Counted from the first letter of the stretch, positions 44,801 to 59,560 are shown. The stretch is DNA of 64,000 nucleotides from Mobula hypostoma (GCF_963921235.1 NC_086108.1:113338001-113402000), one strand, 5' to 3'. The notes: generated from the sequence alone by a model not told the origin. Program-made: numbers and translations.

Positions 44801-46000
44801 GAACGGAACAGTACAGAACAGGAACATAGAACAGCAGACAACAGGAATATAGAACACGTCAGAACAGGAACACAGAACAGTACAATAGAACAGTACAGAA
44901 TGGGAACATGGAACAGTACAAAACAGGAACACGGAACAGTACAGAACGAGAACACAGAACAGTACAGAACTGGAACAGAGGGCAGTACAGAACAGCAACA
45001 CAGGACAGTACAGAACAGGAACATAGAGCAGTGCAGAACAGGAACACGGAACAGTACAGAACAGGAACACGGAACAGTACAGAACAGGAACATGGAACAG
45101 TACAGAACAGGAACATACAAAAGTACAGAAAAGGAGCATAGAATAGTACAGAACAGGAACACAGAACGGTACAGAACAGGAACACAGAACAGTACAGAAT
45201 AGGAACACAGAACAGTACAGAACAGGAATATAGACGGTACAGAACAGGAAACAGAACAGTAAAGAACAGGAACATAGAGCAGTACAGAACAGGAACATAG
45301 AACAGTACAGAAAAGGAGCACAGAACAGTACAGAACAGGAACATAGAACAGTAGAGAACAGGAACACAGAACAGTGCAGAATATAAACACAGATGAGTAC
45401 AGAAGAGGAATACAGAACAGTACAAAACAGGAACATGGAACAGTACAGAAAAGGAACACAGAACATTTCAGAACAGAGACACAGAACAGTACAGACCAGG
45501 AACACAGAACAGTACAGACCAGGAACACGGAACAGTACAACAGTGGAACATAGAAGAATACAACACAGGAACACAGAACAGGAATACAGAACAGTACAAA
45601 ACAGGAACATGAAACAGTACAGAACAGGAACATAATACAGTACAGAACATGAATATAGAACAGTACATAACAGGAGTTCAGAACAGTAGAGAACAGGGAC
45701 ATAGAACAGTGCAGAGCTGGAACACAGAACAGTAATACAACCGGAACACAGAACAGTACAGAACAGGAACATAGAACAATACAGAACAGGAACACAGAAC
45801 AGCAATACAGAGCAGTCCAGAACAGCAACACAGAACAGGAACAAAGAATGGAACAGTACAGAACAGGAACATAGAACAGCAGACAACCGGAATATAGAAC
45901 ACGTCAGAACAGGAACACAGAACAGTACAGAAAAGGAACACAAAACAGTACAGAACAGCAACACGGAACAGTACAGAAAAGCAAAGCAACACAGAACTGC
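35850..46000. repeat. Satellite domain C: most diverged layer, with dispersed segmental duplications
   Basis: It has a higher density of private substitutions and shorter spurious ORFs. Markers are GAGCAGTGCACACCAGG, CAGTAAACACCGGAATGCAG and CAGCAGGCAAC. Duplication offsets are 1,409 (36336/37745), 4,694 (38182/42876), 3,921 (41547/45468) and 2,239 (41916/44155). Confidence 0.75.
38840..40105. repeat. Near-perfect 628-bp tandem duplication (two copies)
   Basis: CAACGAACAG occurs at 38853 and 39481. ORF pairs 38931/39559, 39122/39750, 39216/39844 and 39293/39921 are all offset by exactly 628 bp. The rare GGAGTCGAGAAC is present in both copies. Confidence 0.9.
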
Positions 46001-47879
46001 ACATAACAGTACAGAACAGGAATATAGAATGGTATAGAATGGAAACACGGAACAGAACAGAACACGAAAACTAAACGGTGCATTACTGGACCACGGAACA
46101 GTACAGAACAGGAACACAGAACAGGACGGAACAGGAACATAGAACAGTACAGAACAGGAACACGGAACAGTACAGAACAGGAACATAGAACAGTACAGAG
46201 CAGGAACACTGAACTGTAATAGAACCGGAACACAGAACAGGAACATAGAACAATACAGAACAGGAACATAGAACAGTAATAGAATCGGAACACAGAACAG
46301 GACCGAACAGGAACATAGAACAGTACAGAACAGGAACACAGAACAGTCTAGAACAGGAACATGGAACAGTACAGAACAGTACAGAGCAGGAACACTGAAC
46401 TGTAATAGAACCGGAACACAGAATAGGAACATAGAACAGTACAGAAAAGGAACACAGAACAGTTCAGAACTGGGACACAGAACAGTACAGAAGAGGAATG
46501 TAGAGCAGTACTGAACTGGAATATAGAACAGTACAGAACAGGAACATAGAACAGTACAGAATGGGAACATGGAACAGTACAAAACAGGAATACAGAACAG
46601 TACACAACAGGAACTTGGAACACTACAGAACAGGAACACAGAACAGTACAGAACAGGATTGTAGAACAGTACAGAACAGGATCATAGAGCAGTACAACAC
46701 AGGAACACAGAACAGCAGACAAGATGAATATAGAACAGTGCAGAACAGGAACACAGAACAGTACAGAACAGGAACACAGAACAGTACAGAACAGGAACAT
46801 AGAACAGTACAGAACAGGAACACAGAACTAGAACACGGAACAGTACAGAACAGGAACAGAGAACAGGACAGACTAGGAACACAGAACAGTACAGAACAGG
46901 AACATACAAAAGTACAGAAAAGGGGCATAGAACAGTACAGAACAGGAACACAGAACCGTACAGAACAGAAAAACAGAACAGTACAGAACAGGAACATGGA
47001 ACAATACAGAACAGGAACAGAGAACAGTACAGAACAGGAACAGAGAACAGGACAGACCAGGAACACAGAACAGTACAGAACAGGAACATACAAAAGTACA
47101 GGAAAGGAGCATAGAACAGTACAGAACAGGAACACAGAACAGTACAGAACAGGAACATACAAAAGTACAGAAAAGGAGCATAGAACAGTACAGCACAGGA
47201 ACACAGAACCGTACAGAACAGAAAAACAGAACAGTACAGAACAGGAACATGGAACAATACAGAACAGGAACACAGAACAGTACAGAATAGGAACACAGAA
47301 CAGTACAGAACAGGAACACAGAACAGTACAGAACAGGAACACAGTACAGTACAGAACAGGAACATAGAACAGTGCAGAACAGGAGCACAGAACAGTACAG
47401 AACAGGTATACAGAATAGTACAGAACAGGAACACAGAACAGTACAGAACAGGAACACAGTACAGTGCAGAACAGGAGCACAGAACAGTACAGAACAGGAA
47501 CAGAGAACAGTGCAGAACAGGAGCACAGAACAGTAATAGAACCGGAACACAGAACAGGAACATAGAAGAGTACAGGGTAGGAACACAGAACAGTACAGAA
47601 CAGGAACACAGAACAGTACAGAACAGGAAAACGGAACAGTACAGAACAGCAACAGCGAACAGTACAGTAGAAGAACACAGAACAGTACTGACCAGGAACA
47701 CAGAACAGTACAGAAAAGCAAAGCAACACAGAACTGCACATAACAGTACAGAACAGGAATATAGAACGGTATAGAATGGAAACACGGAACAGAACAGAAC
47801 ACAAACACTAAACGGTGCATTACTGGACCACGGAACAGTACAGAACAGGAACACAGAACAGGACGGAACAGGAACATAG

Positions 47880-48800
47880 AACAGTACAGAACAGGAACAC
47901 AGAACAGTCCAGAACAGGAACACGGAACAGTACAGAACAGGAACATAGAACAGTATAGAGCAGGAACACTGAACTGTAATAGAACCGGAACACAGAACAG
48001 GAACATAGAACAATACAGAACAGGAACATAGAACAGTAATAGAATCGGAACACAGAACAGGACCGAACAGGAACATAGAACAGTACAGAACAGGAACACA
48101 GAACGGTCTAGAACAGGAACACGGAACAGTACAGAACAGTACAGAGCAGGAACACTGAGCTGTAATAGAACCGGAACACAGAACAGGAACATAGAACAGT
48201 GCAGAACAGGAACACTGAACAGTACAGAACAGGAACACAGAACCATACAGAACAGGAACAAAGAACAGAACAGTACAGAACAGGAATATAGAACACATCA
48301 TAACAGGAACACAGAACAGTACAGAAAAGGAACACAGAACAGTACAGAACAGGAACACAGAACAGTCCAGAACAGGAACACGGAACAGTACAGAACAGGA
48401 ACATAGAACAGTATAGAGCAGGAACACTGAACTGTAATAGAACCGGAACACAGAACAGGAACATAGAACAATACAGAACAGGAACTTAGAACAGTAATAG
48501 AATCGGAACACAGAACAGGACCGAACAGGAACATAGAACAGTACAGAACAGGAACACAGAACGGTCTAGAACAGGAACACGGAACAGTACAGAACAGTAC
48601 AGAGCAGGAACACTGAGCTGTAATAGAACCGGAACACAGAACAGGAACATAGAACAGTGCAGAACAGGAACACTGAACAGTACAGAACAGGAACACAGAA
48701 CCATACAGAACAGGAACAAAGAACAGAACAGTACAGAACAGGAATATAGAACACATCATAACAGGAACACAGAACAGTACAGAAAAGGAACACAGAACAG
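47880..48800. repeat. 458-bp tandem duplication at the left edge of the 1,326-bp HOR block
   Basis: CACATCATAAC occurs at 48294 and 48752. Matching ORF boundaries lie at 48108/48566 and 48298/48756 (offset 458). Confidence 0.85.
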
Positions 48801-51800
48801 TACAGAAGAGGAACAGAGAACAGCACTGAACAGGAACACAGAACAGGAATATAGAACATAACAGAGCAGTAGGATAGAACAGTACAGAACAGGAACACAG
48901 AACAGTCTAGAACAGGAACACGGAACAGTACAGAACAGGACCATAGAACAGTACAGAGCAGGAACACTGAACTGTAATAGAACCGGAACACAGAACAGGA
49001 ACATAGAACAGTACAGAAAAGGAACACAGAACAGTTCAGAACTGGGACACAGAACAGTACAGAAGAGGAACGTAGAGCAGTACTGAACTGGAATATAGAA
49101 CAGTACAGAACAGGAACATAGAACAATACAGAATGAGAACATGGAACAGTACAAAACAGGAATACAGAACAGTACATAACAGGAACTTGGAACACTACAG
49201 AACAGGAACACAGAACAGTACAGAACAGGATTGTAGAACAGTACAGAACAGGATCATAGAGCAGTACAACACAGGAACACAGAACAGCAGACAAGATGAA
49301 TATAGAACAGTGCAGAACAGGAACACAGAACAGTACAGAACAGGAACACAGAACAGTACAGAACAGGAACATAGAACAGTACAGAACAGGAACACAGAAC
49401 TAGAACACGGAACAGTACAGAACAGGAACATAGAGCAATAAAACACAGCAACATAGAACAGTACAGAACAGGAACAGAGAACAGGACAGACCAGGAACAC
49501 AGAACAGTACAGAACAGGAACATACAAAAGTACAGAAAAGGAGCATAGAACAGTACAGCACAGGAACACAGAACGGTACAGAACAGAAACACAGAACAGT
49601 ACAGAACAGGAACATGGAACAATACAGAACAGGAACACAGAACAGTACAGAATAGGAACACAGAACAGTACAGAACAGGAACACAGAACAGTCCAGAACA
49701 GGAACACGGAACAGTACAGAACAGGAACATAGAACAGTATAGAGCAGGAACACTGAACTGTAATAGAATCGGAACACAGAACAGGAACATAGAACAATAC
49801 AGAACAGGAACATAGAACAGTAATAGAATCGGAACACAGAACAGGACCGAACAGGAACATAGAACAGTACAGAACAGGAACACAGAACGGTCTAGAACAG
49901 GAACACGGAACAGTACAGAACAGTACAGAGCAGGAACACTGAGCTGTAATAGAACCGGAACACAGAACAGGAACATAGAACAGTGCAGAACAGGAACACT
50001 GAACAGTACAGAACAGGAACACAGAACCATACAGAACAGGAACAAAGAACAGAACAGTACAGAACAGGAATATAGAACACATCATAACAGGAACACAGAA
50101 CAGTACAGAAAAGGAACACAGAACAGTACAGAAGAGGAACAGAGAACAGCACTGAACAGGAACACAGAACAGGAATATAGAACATAACAGAGCAGTAGGA
50201 TAGAACAGTACAGAACAGGAACACAGAACAGTCTAGAACAGGAACACGGAACAGTACAGAACAGGACCATAGAACAGTACAGAGCAGGAACACTGAACTG
50301 TAATAGAACCGGAACACAGAACAGGAACATAGAACAGTACAGAAAAGGAACACAGAACAGTTCAGAACTGGGACACAGAACAGTACAGAAGAGGAACGTA
50401 GAGCAGTACTGAACTGGAATATAGAACAGTACAGAACAGGAACATAGAACAGTACAGAATGAGAACATGGAACAGTACAAAACAGGAATACAGAACAGTA
50501 CATAACAGGAACTTGGAACACTACAGAACAGGAACACAGAACAGTACAGAACAGGATTGTAGAACAGTACAGAACAGGATCATAGAGCAGTACAACACAG
50601 GAACACAGAACAGCAGACAAGATGAATATAGAACAGTGCAGAACAGGAACACAGAACAGTACAGAACAGGAACACAGAACAGTACAGAACAGGAACATAG
50701 AACAGTACAGAACAGGAACACAGAACTAGAACACGTAACAGTACAGAACAGGAACATAGAGCAATAAAACACAGCAACATAGAACAGTACAGAACAGGAA
50801 CAGAGAACAGGACAGACCAGGAACACAGAACAGTACAGAACAGGAACATACAAAAGTACAGAAAAGGAGCATAGAACAGTACAGCACAGGAACACAGAAC
50901 GGTACAGAACAGAAGCACAGAACAGTACAGAACAGGAACATGGAACAATACAGAACAGGAACACAGAACAGTACAGAATAGGAACACAGAACAGTACAGA
51001 ACAGGAACACAGAACAGTCCAGAACAGGAACACGGAACAGTACAGAACAGGAACATAGAACAGTATAGAGCAGGAACACTGAACTGTAATAGAATCGGAA
51101 CACAGAACAGGAACATAGAACAATACAGAACAGGAACATAGAACAGTAATAGAATCGGAACACAGAACAGGACCGAACAGGAACATAGAACAGTACAGAA
51201 CAGGAACACAGAACGGTCTAGAACAGGAACACGGAACAGTACAGAACAGTACAGAGCAGGAACACTGAGCTGTAATAGAACCGGAACACAGAACAGGAAC
51301 ATAGAACAGTGCAGAACAGGAACACTGAACAGTACAGAACAGGAACACAGAACCATACAGAACAGGAACAAAGAACAGAACAGTACAGAACAGGAATATA
51401 GAACACATCATAACAGGAACACAGAACAGTACAGAAAAGGAACACAGAACAGTACAGAAGAGGAACAGAGAACAGCACTGAACAGGAACACAGAACAGGA
51501 ATATAGAACATAACAGAGCAGTAGGATAGAACAGTACAGAACAGGAACACAGAACAGTCTAGAACAGGAACACGGAACAGTACAGAACAGGACCATAGAA
51601 CAGTACAGAGCAGGAACACTGAACTGTAATAGAACCGGAACACAGAACAGGAACATAGAACAGTACAGAAAAGGAACACAGAACAGTTCAGAACTGGGAC
51701 ACAGAACAGTACAGAAGAGGAATGTAGAGCAGTACTGAACTGGAATATAGAACAGTACAGAACAGGAACACAGAACTAGAACACGGAACAGTACAGAACA

Positions 51801-54800
51801 GGAACATAGAGCAATAAAACACAGCAACATAGAACAGTACAGAACAGGAACAGAGAACAGGACAGACCAGGAACACAGAACAGTACAGAACAGGAACATA
51901 CAAAAGTACAGAAAAGGAGCATAGAACAGTACAGCACAGGAACACAGAACGGTACAGAACAGAAACACAGAACAGTACAGAACAGGAACATGGAACAATA
52001 CAGAACAGGAACACAGAACAGTACAGAATAGGAACACAGAACAGTACAGAACAGGAACACGGAACAGTACAGAACAGGAACACAGTACAGTACAGTACAG
52101 AACAGGAACATAGAACAGTGCAGAACAGGAGCACAGAACAGTACAGAACAGGTATACAGAATAGTACAGAACAGGAACACAGAACAGTCCAGAACAGGAA
52201 CACAGTACAGTGCAGAACAGGAAAAGGGAACAGTACAGAACCGGAACGCGGAACATTACAGTACAGGAACTTGGAACAGTACAGAACAGGTACACAGAAC
52301 AGTACAGAACAGGAACACGGAACATTACAGAACAGGAATACGGAACAGTACATAACAGGAACTAGGAACACTACAGAACAGAAAAACAGAACAGTACAGA
52401 ACAGGAATACAGAACAGTACAGAACAGGAACACAGAACAGTACAGAATAGGAACACAGAACAGTACAGAACAGGAACACAGAACAGTCCAGAACAGGAAC
52501 ACGGAACAGTACAGAACAGGAACATAGAACAGTATAGAGCAGGAACACTGAACGGTAATAGAACCGGAACACAGAACAGGAACATAGAACAATACAGAAC
52601 AGGAACATAGAACAGTAATAGAATCGGAACACAGAACAGGACCGAACAGGAACATAGAACAGTACAGAACAGGAACACAGAACGGTCTAGAACAGGAACA
52701 CGGAACAGTACAGAACAGTACAGAGCAGGAACACTGAGCTGTAATAGAACCGGAACACAGAACAGGAACATAGAACAGTGCAGAACAGGAACACTGAACA
52801 GTACAGAACAGGAACACAGAACCATACAGAACAGGAACAAAGAACAGAACAGTACAGAACATGAATATAGAACACATCATAACAGGAACACAGAACAGTA
52901 CAGAAAAGGAACACAGAACAGTACAGAAGAGGAACAGAGAACAGCACTGAACAGGAACACAGAACAGGAATATAGAACATAACAGAACAGTAGGATAGAA
53001 CAGTACAGAACAGGAACACAGAACAGTCTAGAACAGGAACACAGAACAGTACAGAACAGGACCATAGAACAGTACAGAACAGGAACACAGAACAGTACAG
53101 AACAGGACCATAGAACAGTACAGAACAGGAACATAGAACAGTACAGAAAAGGAACACAGAACAGTTCAGAACTGGGACACAGAACAGTACAGAAGAGGAA
53201 TGTAGAGCAGTACTGAACTGGAATATAGAACAGTACAGAACAGGAACATAGAACAGTACAGAATGAGAACATGGAACAGTACAAAGCAGGAATACAGAAC
53301 AGTACATAACAGGAACTTGGAACACTACAGAACAGGAACACAGAACAGTACAGAACAGGATTGTAGAACAGTACAGAACAGGATCATAGAGCAGTACAAC
53401 ACAGGAACACAGAACAGCAGACAAGATGAATATAGAACAGTGCAGAACAGGAACACAGAACAGTACAGAACAGGAACACAGAACAGTACAGAACAGGAAC
53501 ATAGAACAGTACAGAACAGGAACACAGAACTAGAACACGGAACAGTACAGAACAGGAACACAGAGCAATAAAACACAGCAACATAGAACAGTACAGAACA
53601 GGAACAGAGAACAGGACAGACCAGGAACACAGAACAGTACAGAACAGGAACATACAAAAGTACAGAAAAGGAGCATAGAACAGTACAGCACAGGAACACA
53701 GAACGGTACAGAACAGAAACACAGAACAGTACAGAACAGGAACATGGAACAATACAGAACAGGAACACAGAACAGTTCAGAACTGGGACACAGAACAGTA
53801 CAGAAGAGGAATGTAGAGCAGTACTGAACTGGAATATAGAACAGTACAGAACAGGAACATAGAACAGTACAGAATGAGAACATGGAACAGTACAAAGCAG
53901 GAATACAGAACAGTACATAACAGGAACTTGGAACACTACAGAACAGGCATACAGAATAGTACAGAACAGGAACACAGAACAGTCCAGAACAGGAACACAG
54001 TACAGTGCAGAACAGGAAAAGGGAACAGTACAGAACCGGAACGCGGAACATTACAGTACAGGAACTTGGAACAGTACAGAACAGGTACACAGAACAGTAC
54101 AGAACAGGAACACGGAACATTACAGAACAGGAATACGGAACAGTACATAACAGGAACTAGGAACACTACAGAACAGAAAAACAGAACAGTACAGAACAGG
54201 AATACAGAACAGTACAGAACAGGAACACAGAACAGTACAGAATAGGAACACAGAACAGTACAGAACAGGAACACAGAACAGTCCAGAACAGGAACACGGA
54301 ACAGTACAGAACAGGAACATAGAACAGTATAGAGCAGGAACACTGAACTGTAATAGAACCGGAACACAGAACAGGAACATAGAACAATACAGAACAGGAA
54401 CATAGAACAGTAATAGAATCGGAACACAGAACAGGACCGAACAGGAACATAGAACAGTACAGAACAGGAACACAGAACGGTCTAGAACAGGAACACGGAA
54501 CAGTACAGAACAGTACAGAGCAGGAACACTGAGCTGTAATACAACCGGAACACAGAACAGGAACATAGAACAGTGCAGAACAGGAACACTGAACAGTACA
54601 GAACAGGAACACAGAACCATACAGAACAGGAACAAAGAACAGAACAGTACAGAACAGGAATATAGAACACATCATAACAGGAACACAGAACAGTACAGAA
54701 AAGGAACACAGAACAGTACAGAAGAGGAACAGAGAACAGCACTGAACAGGAACACAGAACAGGAATATAGAACATAACAGAACAGTAGGATAGAACAGTA

Positions 54801-57800
54801 CAGAACAGGAACACAGAACAGTCTAGAACAGGAACACGGAACAGTACAGAACAGGACCATAGAACAGTACAGAGCAGGAACACTGAACTGTAATAGAACC
54901 GGAACACAGAACAGGAACATAGAACAGTACAGAAAAGGAACACAGAACAGTTCAGAACTGGGACACAGAACAGTACAGAAGAGGAATGTAGAGCAGTACT
55001 GAACTGGAATATAGAACAGTACAGAACAGGAACATAGAACAGTACAGAATGAGAACATGGAACAGTACAAAACAGGAATACAGAACAGTACATAACAGGA
55101 ACTTGGAACACTACAGAACAGGAACACAGAACAGTACAGAACAGGATTGTAGAACAGTACAGAACAGGATCATAGAGCAGTACAACACAGGAACACAGAA
55201 CAGCAGACAAGATGAATATAGAACAGTGCAGAACAGGAACACAGAACAGTACAGAACAGGAACACAGAACAGTACAGAACAGGAACATAGAACAGTACAG
55301 AACAGGAACACAGAACTAGAACACGGAACAGTACAGAACAGGAACATAGAGCAATAAAACACAGCAACATAGAACAGTACAGAACAGGAACAGAGAACAG
55401 GACAGACCAGGAACACAGAACAGTACAGAACAGGAACATACAAAAGTACAGAAAAGGAGCATAGAACAGTACAGCACAGGAACACAGAACGGTACAGAAC
55501 AGAAACACAGAACAGTACAGAACAGGAACATGGAACAATACAGAACAGGAACACAGAACAGTACAGAATAGGAACACAGAACAGTACAGAACAGGAACAC
55601 AGAACAGTCCAGAACAGGAACACGGAACAGTACAGAACAGGAACATAGAACAGTATAGAGCAGGAACACTGAACTGTAATAGAACCGGAACACAGAACAG
55701 GAACATAGAACAATACAGAACAGGAACATAGAACAGTAATAGAATCGGAACACAGAACAGGACCGAACAGGAACATAGAACAGTACAGAACAGGAACACA
55801 GAACGGTCTAGAACAGGAACACGGAACAGTACAGAACAGTACAGAGCAGGAACACTGAGCTGTAATACAACCGGAACACAGAACAGGAACATAGAACAGT
55901 GCAGAACAGGAACACTGAACAGTACAGAACAGGAACACAGAACCATACAGAACAGGAACAAAGAACAGAACAGTACAGAACAGGAATATAGAACACATCA
56001 TAACAGGAACACAGAACAGTACAGAAAAGGAACACAGAACAGTACAGAAGAGGAACAGAGAACAGCACTGAACAGGAACACAGAACAGGAATATAGAACA
56101 TAACAGAACAGTAGGATAGAACAGTACAGAACAGGAACACAGAACAGTCTAGAACAGGAACACGGAACAGTACAGAACAGGACCATAGAACAGTACAGAG
56201 CAGGAACACTGAACTGTAATAGAACCGGAACACAGAACAGGAACATAGAACAGTACAGAAAAGGAACACAGAACAGTTCAGAACTGGGACACAGAACAGT
56301 ACAGAAGAGGAATGTAGAGCAGTACTGAACTGGAATATAGAACAGTACAGAACATGAACATAGAACAGTACAGAATGAGAATATGGAACAGTACAAAACA
56401 GGAATACAGAACAGTACATAACAGGAACTTGGAACACTACAGAACAGGAACACAGAACAGTACAGAACAGGATTGTAGAACAGTACAGAACAGGATCATA
56501 GAGCAGTACAACACAGGAACACAGAACAGCAGACAAGATGAATATAGAACAGTGCAGAACAGGAACACAGAACAGTACAGAACAGGAACACAGAACAGTA
56601 CAGAACAGGAACATAGAACAGCACAGAACAGGAACACAGAACTAGAACACGGAACAGTACAGAACAGGAACATAGAGCAATAAAACACAGCAACATAGAA
56701 CAGTACAGAACAGGAACAGAGAACAGGACAGACCAGGAACACAGAACAGTACAGAACAGGAACATACAAAAGTACAGAAAAGGAGCATAGAACAGTACAG
56801 CACAGGAACACAGAACGGTACAGAACAGAAACACAGAACAGTACAGAACAGGAACATGGAACAATACAGAACAGGAACACAGAACAGTACAGAATAGGAA
56901 CACAGAACAGTACAGAACAGGAACACAGAACAGTCCAGAACAGGAACACGGAACAGTACAGAACAGGAACATAGAACAGTATAGAGCAGGAACACTGAAC
57001 TGTAATAGAACCGGAACACAGAACAGGAACATAGAACAATACAGAACAGGAACATAGAACAGTAATAGAATCGGAACACAGAACAGGACCGAACAGGAAC
57101 ATAGAACAGTACAGAACAGGAACACAGAACGGTCTAGAACAGGAACACGGAACAGTACAGAACAGTACAGAGCAGGAACACTGAGCTGTAATAGAACCGG
57201 AACACAGAACAGGAACATAGAACAGTGCAGAACAGGAACACTGAACAGTACAGAACAGGAACACAGAACCATACAGAACAGGAACAAAGAACAGAACAGT
57301 ACAGAACAGGAATATAGAACACATCATAACAGGAACACAGAACAGTACAGAAAAGGAACACAGAACAGTACAGAAGAGGAACAGAGAACAGCACTGAACA
57401 GGAACACAGAACAGGAATATAGAACATAACAGAACAGTAGGATAGAACAGTACAGAACAGGAACACAGAACAGTCTAGAACAGGAACACGGAACAGTACA
57501 GAACAGGACCATAGAACAGTACAGAGCAGGAACACTGAACTGTAATAGAACCGGAACACAGAACAGGAACATAGAACAGTACAGAAAAGGAACACAGAAC
57601 AGTTCAGAACTGGGACACAGAACAGTACAGAAGAGGAATGTAGAGCAGTACTGAACTGGAATATAGAACAGTACAGAACAGGAACATAGAACAGTACAGA
57701 ATGAGAACATGGAACAGTACAAAACAGGAATACAGAACAGTACATAACAGGAACTTGGAACACTACAGAACAGGAACACAGAACAGTACAGAACAGGATT

Positions 57801-59560
57801 GTAGAACAGTACAGAACAGGATCATAGAGCAGTACAACACAGGAACACAGAACAGCAGACAAGATGAATATAGAACAGTGCAGAACAGGAACACAGAACA
57901 GTACAGAACAGGAACACAGAACAGTACAGAACAGGAACATAGAACAGTACAGAACAGGAACACAGAACTAGAACACGGAACAGTACAGAACAGGAACATA
58001 GAGCAATAAAACACAGCAACATAGAACAGTACAGAACAGGAACAGAGAACAGGACAGACCAGGAACACAGAACAGTACAGAACAGGAACATACAAAAGTA
58101 CAGAAAAGGAGCATAGAACAGTACAGCACAGGAACACAGAACGGTACAGAACAGAAACACAGAACAGTACAGAACAGGAACATGGAACAATACAGAACAG
58201 GAACACAGAACAGTACAGAATAGGAACACAGAACAGTACAGAACAGGAACACAGAACAGTCCAGAACAGGAACACGGAACAGTACAGAACAGGAACATAG
58301 AACAGTATAGAGCAGGAACACTGAACTGTAATAGAACCGGAACACAGAACAGGAACATAGAACAATACAGAACAGGAACATAGAACAGTAATAGAATCGG
58401 AACACAGAACAGGACCGAACAGGAACATAGAACAGTACAGAACAGGAACACAGAACGGTCTAGAACAGGAACACGGAACAGTACAGAACAGTACAGAGCA
58501 GGAACACTGAGCTGTAATACAACCGGAACACAGAACAGGAACATAGAACAGTGCAGAACAGGAACACTGAACAGTACAGAACAGGAACACAGAACCATAC
58601 AGAACAGGAACAAAGAACAGAACAGTACAGAACAGGAATATAGAACACATCATAACAGGAACACAGAACAGTACAGAAAAGGAACACAGAACAGTACAGA
58701 AGAGGAACAGAGAACAGCACTGAACAGGAACACAGAACAGGAATATAGAACATAACAGAACAGTAGGATAGAACAGTACAGAACAGGAACACAGAACAGT
58801 CTAGAACAGGAACACGGAACAGTACAGAACAGGACCATAGAACAGTACAGAGCAGGAACACTGAACTGTAACAGAACCGGAACACAGAACAGGAACATAG
58901 AACAGTACAGAAAAGGAACACAGAACAGTTCAGAACTGGGACACAGAACAGTACAGAAGAGGAATGTAGAGCAGTACTGAACTGGAATATAGAACAGTAC
59001 AGAACAGGAACATAGAACAGTACAGAATGAGAACATGGAACAGTACAAAACAGGAATACAGAACAGTACATAACAGGAACTTGGAACACTACAGAACAGG
59101 AACACAGAACAGTACAGAACAGGATTGTAGAACAGTACAGAACAGGATCATAGAGCAGTACAACACAGGAACACAGAACAGCAGACAAGATGAATATAGA
59201 ACAGTGCAGAACAGGAACACAGAACAGTACAGAACAGGAACACAGAACAGTACAGAACAGGAACATAGAACAGTACAGAACAGGAACACAGAACTAGAAC
59301 ACAGAACAGTACAGAACAGGAACATAGAGCAATAAAACAGACAGGAACAGAGAACAGTACAGAACAGGAACATACAAAAGTACAGACCAGGAACACAGAA
59401 CAGTACAGAACAGGAACATACAAAAGTACAGAAAAGGAGCATAGAACAGTACAGCACAGGAACACAGAATGGTACAGAACAGAAACACAGAACAGTACAG
59501 AACAGGAACATGGAACAATACAGAACAGGAACACAGAACAGTACAGAATAGGAACACAGA
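48350..59560. repeat. Homogeneous 1,326-bp higher-order repeat array (about 8 units, including two structural variants of 1,469 and 1,795 bp)
   Basis: The marker CACATCATAAC occurs at 48752, 50078, 51404, 52873, 54668, 55994, 57320 and 58646, with spacings 1326, 1326, 1469, 1795, 1326, 1326 and 1326. Near-identical ORF translations recur every 1,326 bp. Each unit has two XbaI sites (e.g. 48565, 48906, 49891, 50232). Confidence 0.95.

Noticed and set aside
46020..46095. Possible foreign insertion or TE fragment (CTAAACGGTGCATTACTGGACC)
   Set aside because: It can still be placed in the 23-bp register as heavily substituted monomers, and there are no terminal repeats or target-site duplication.
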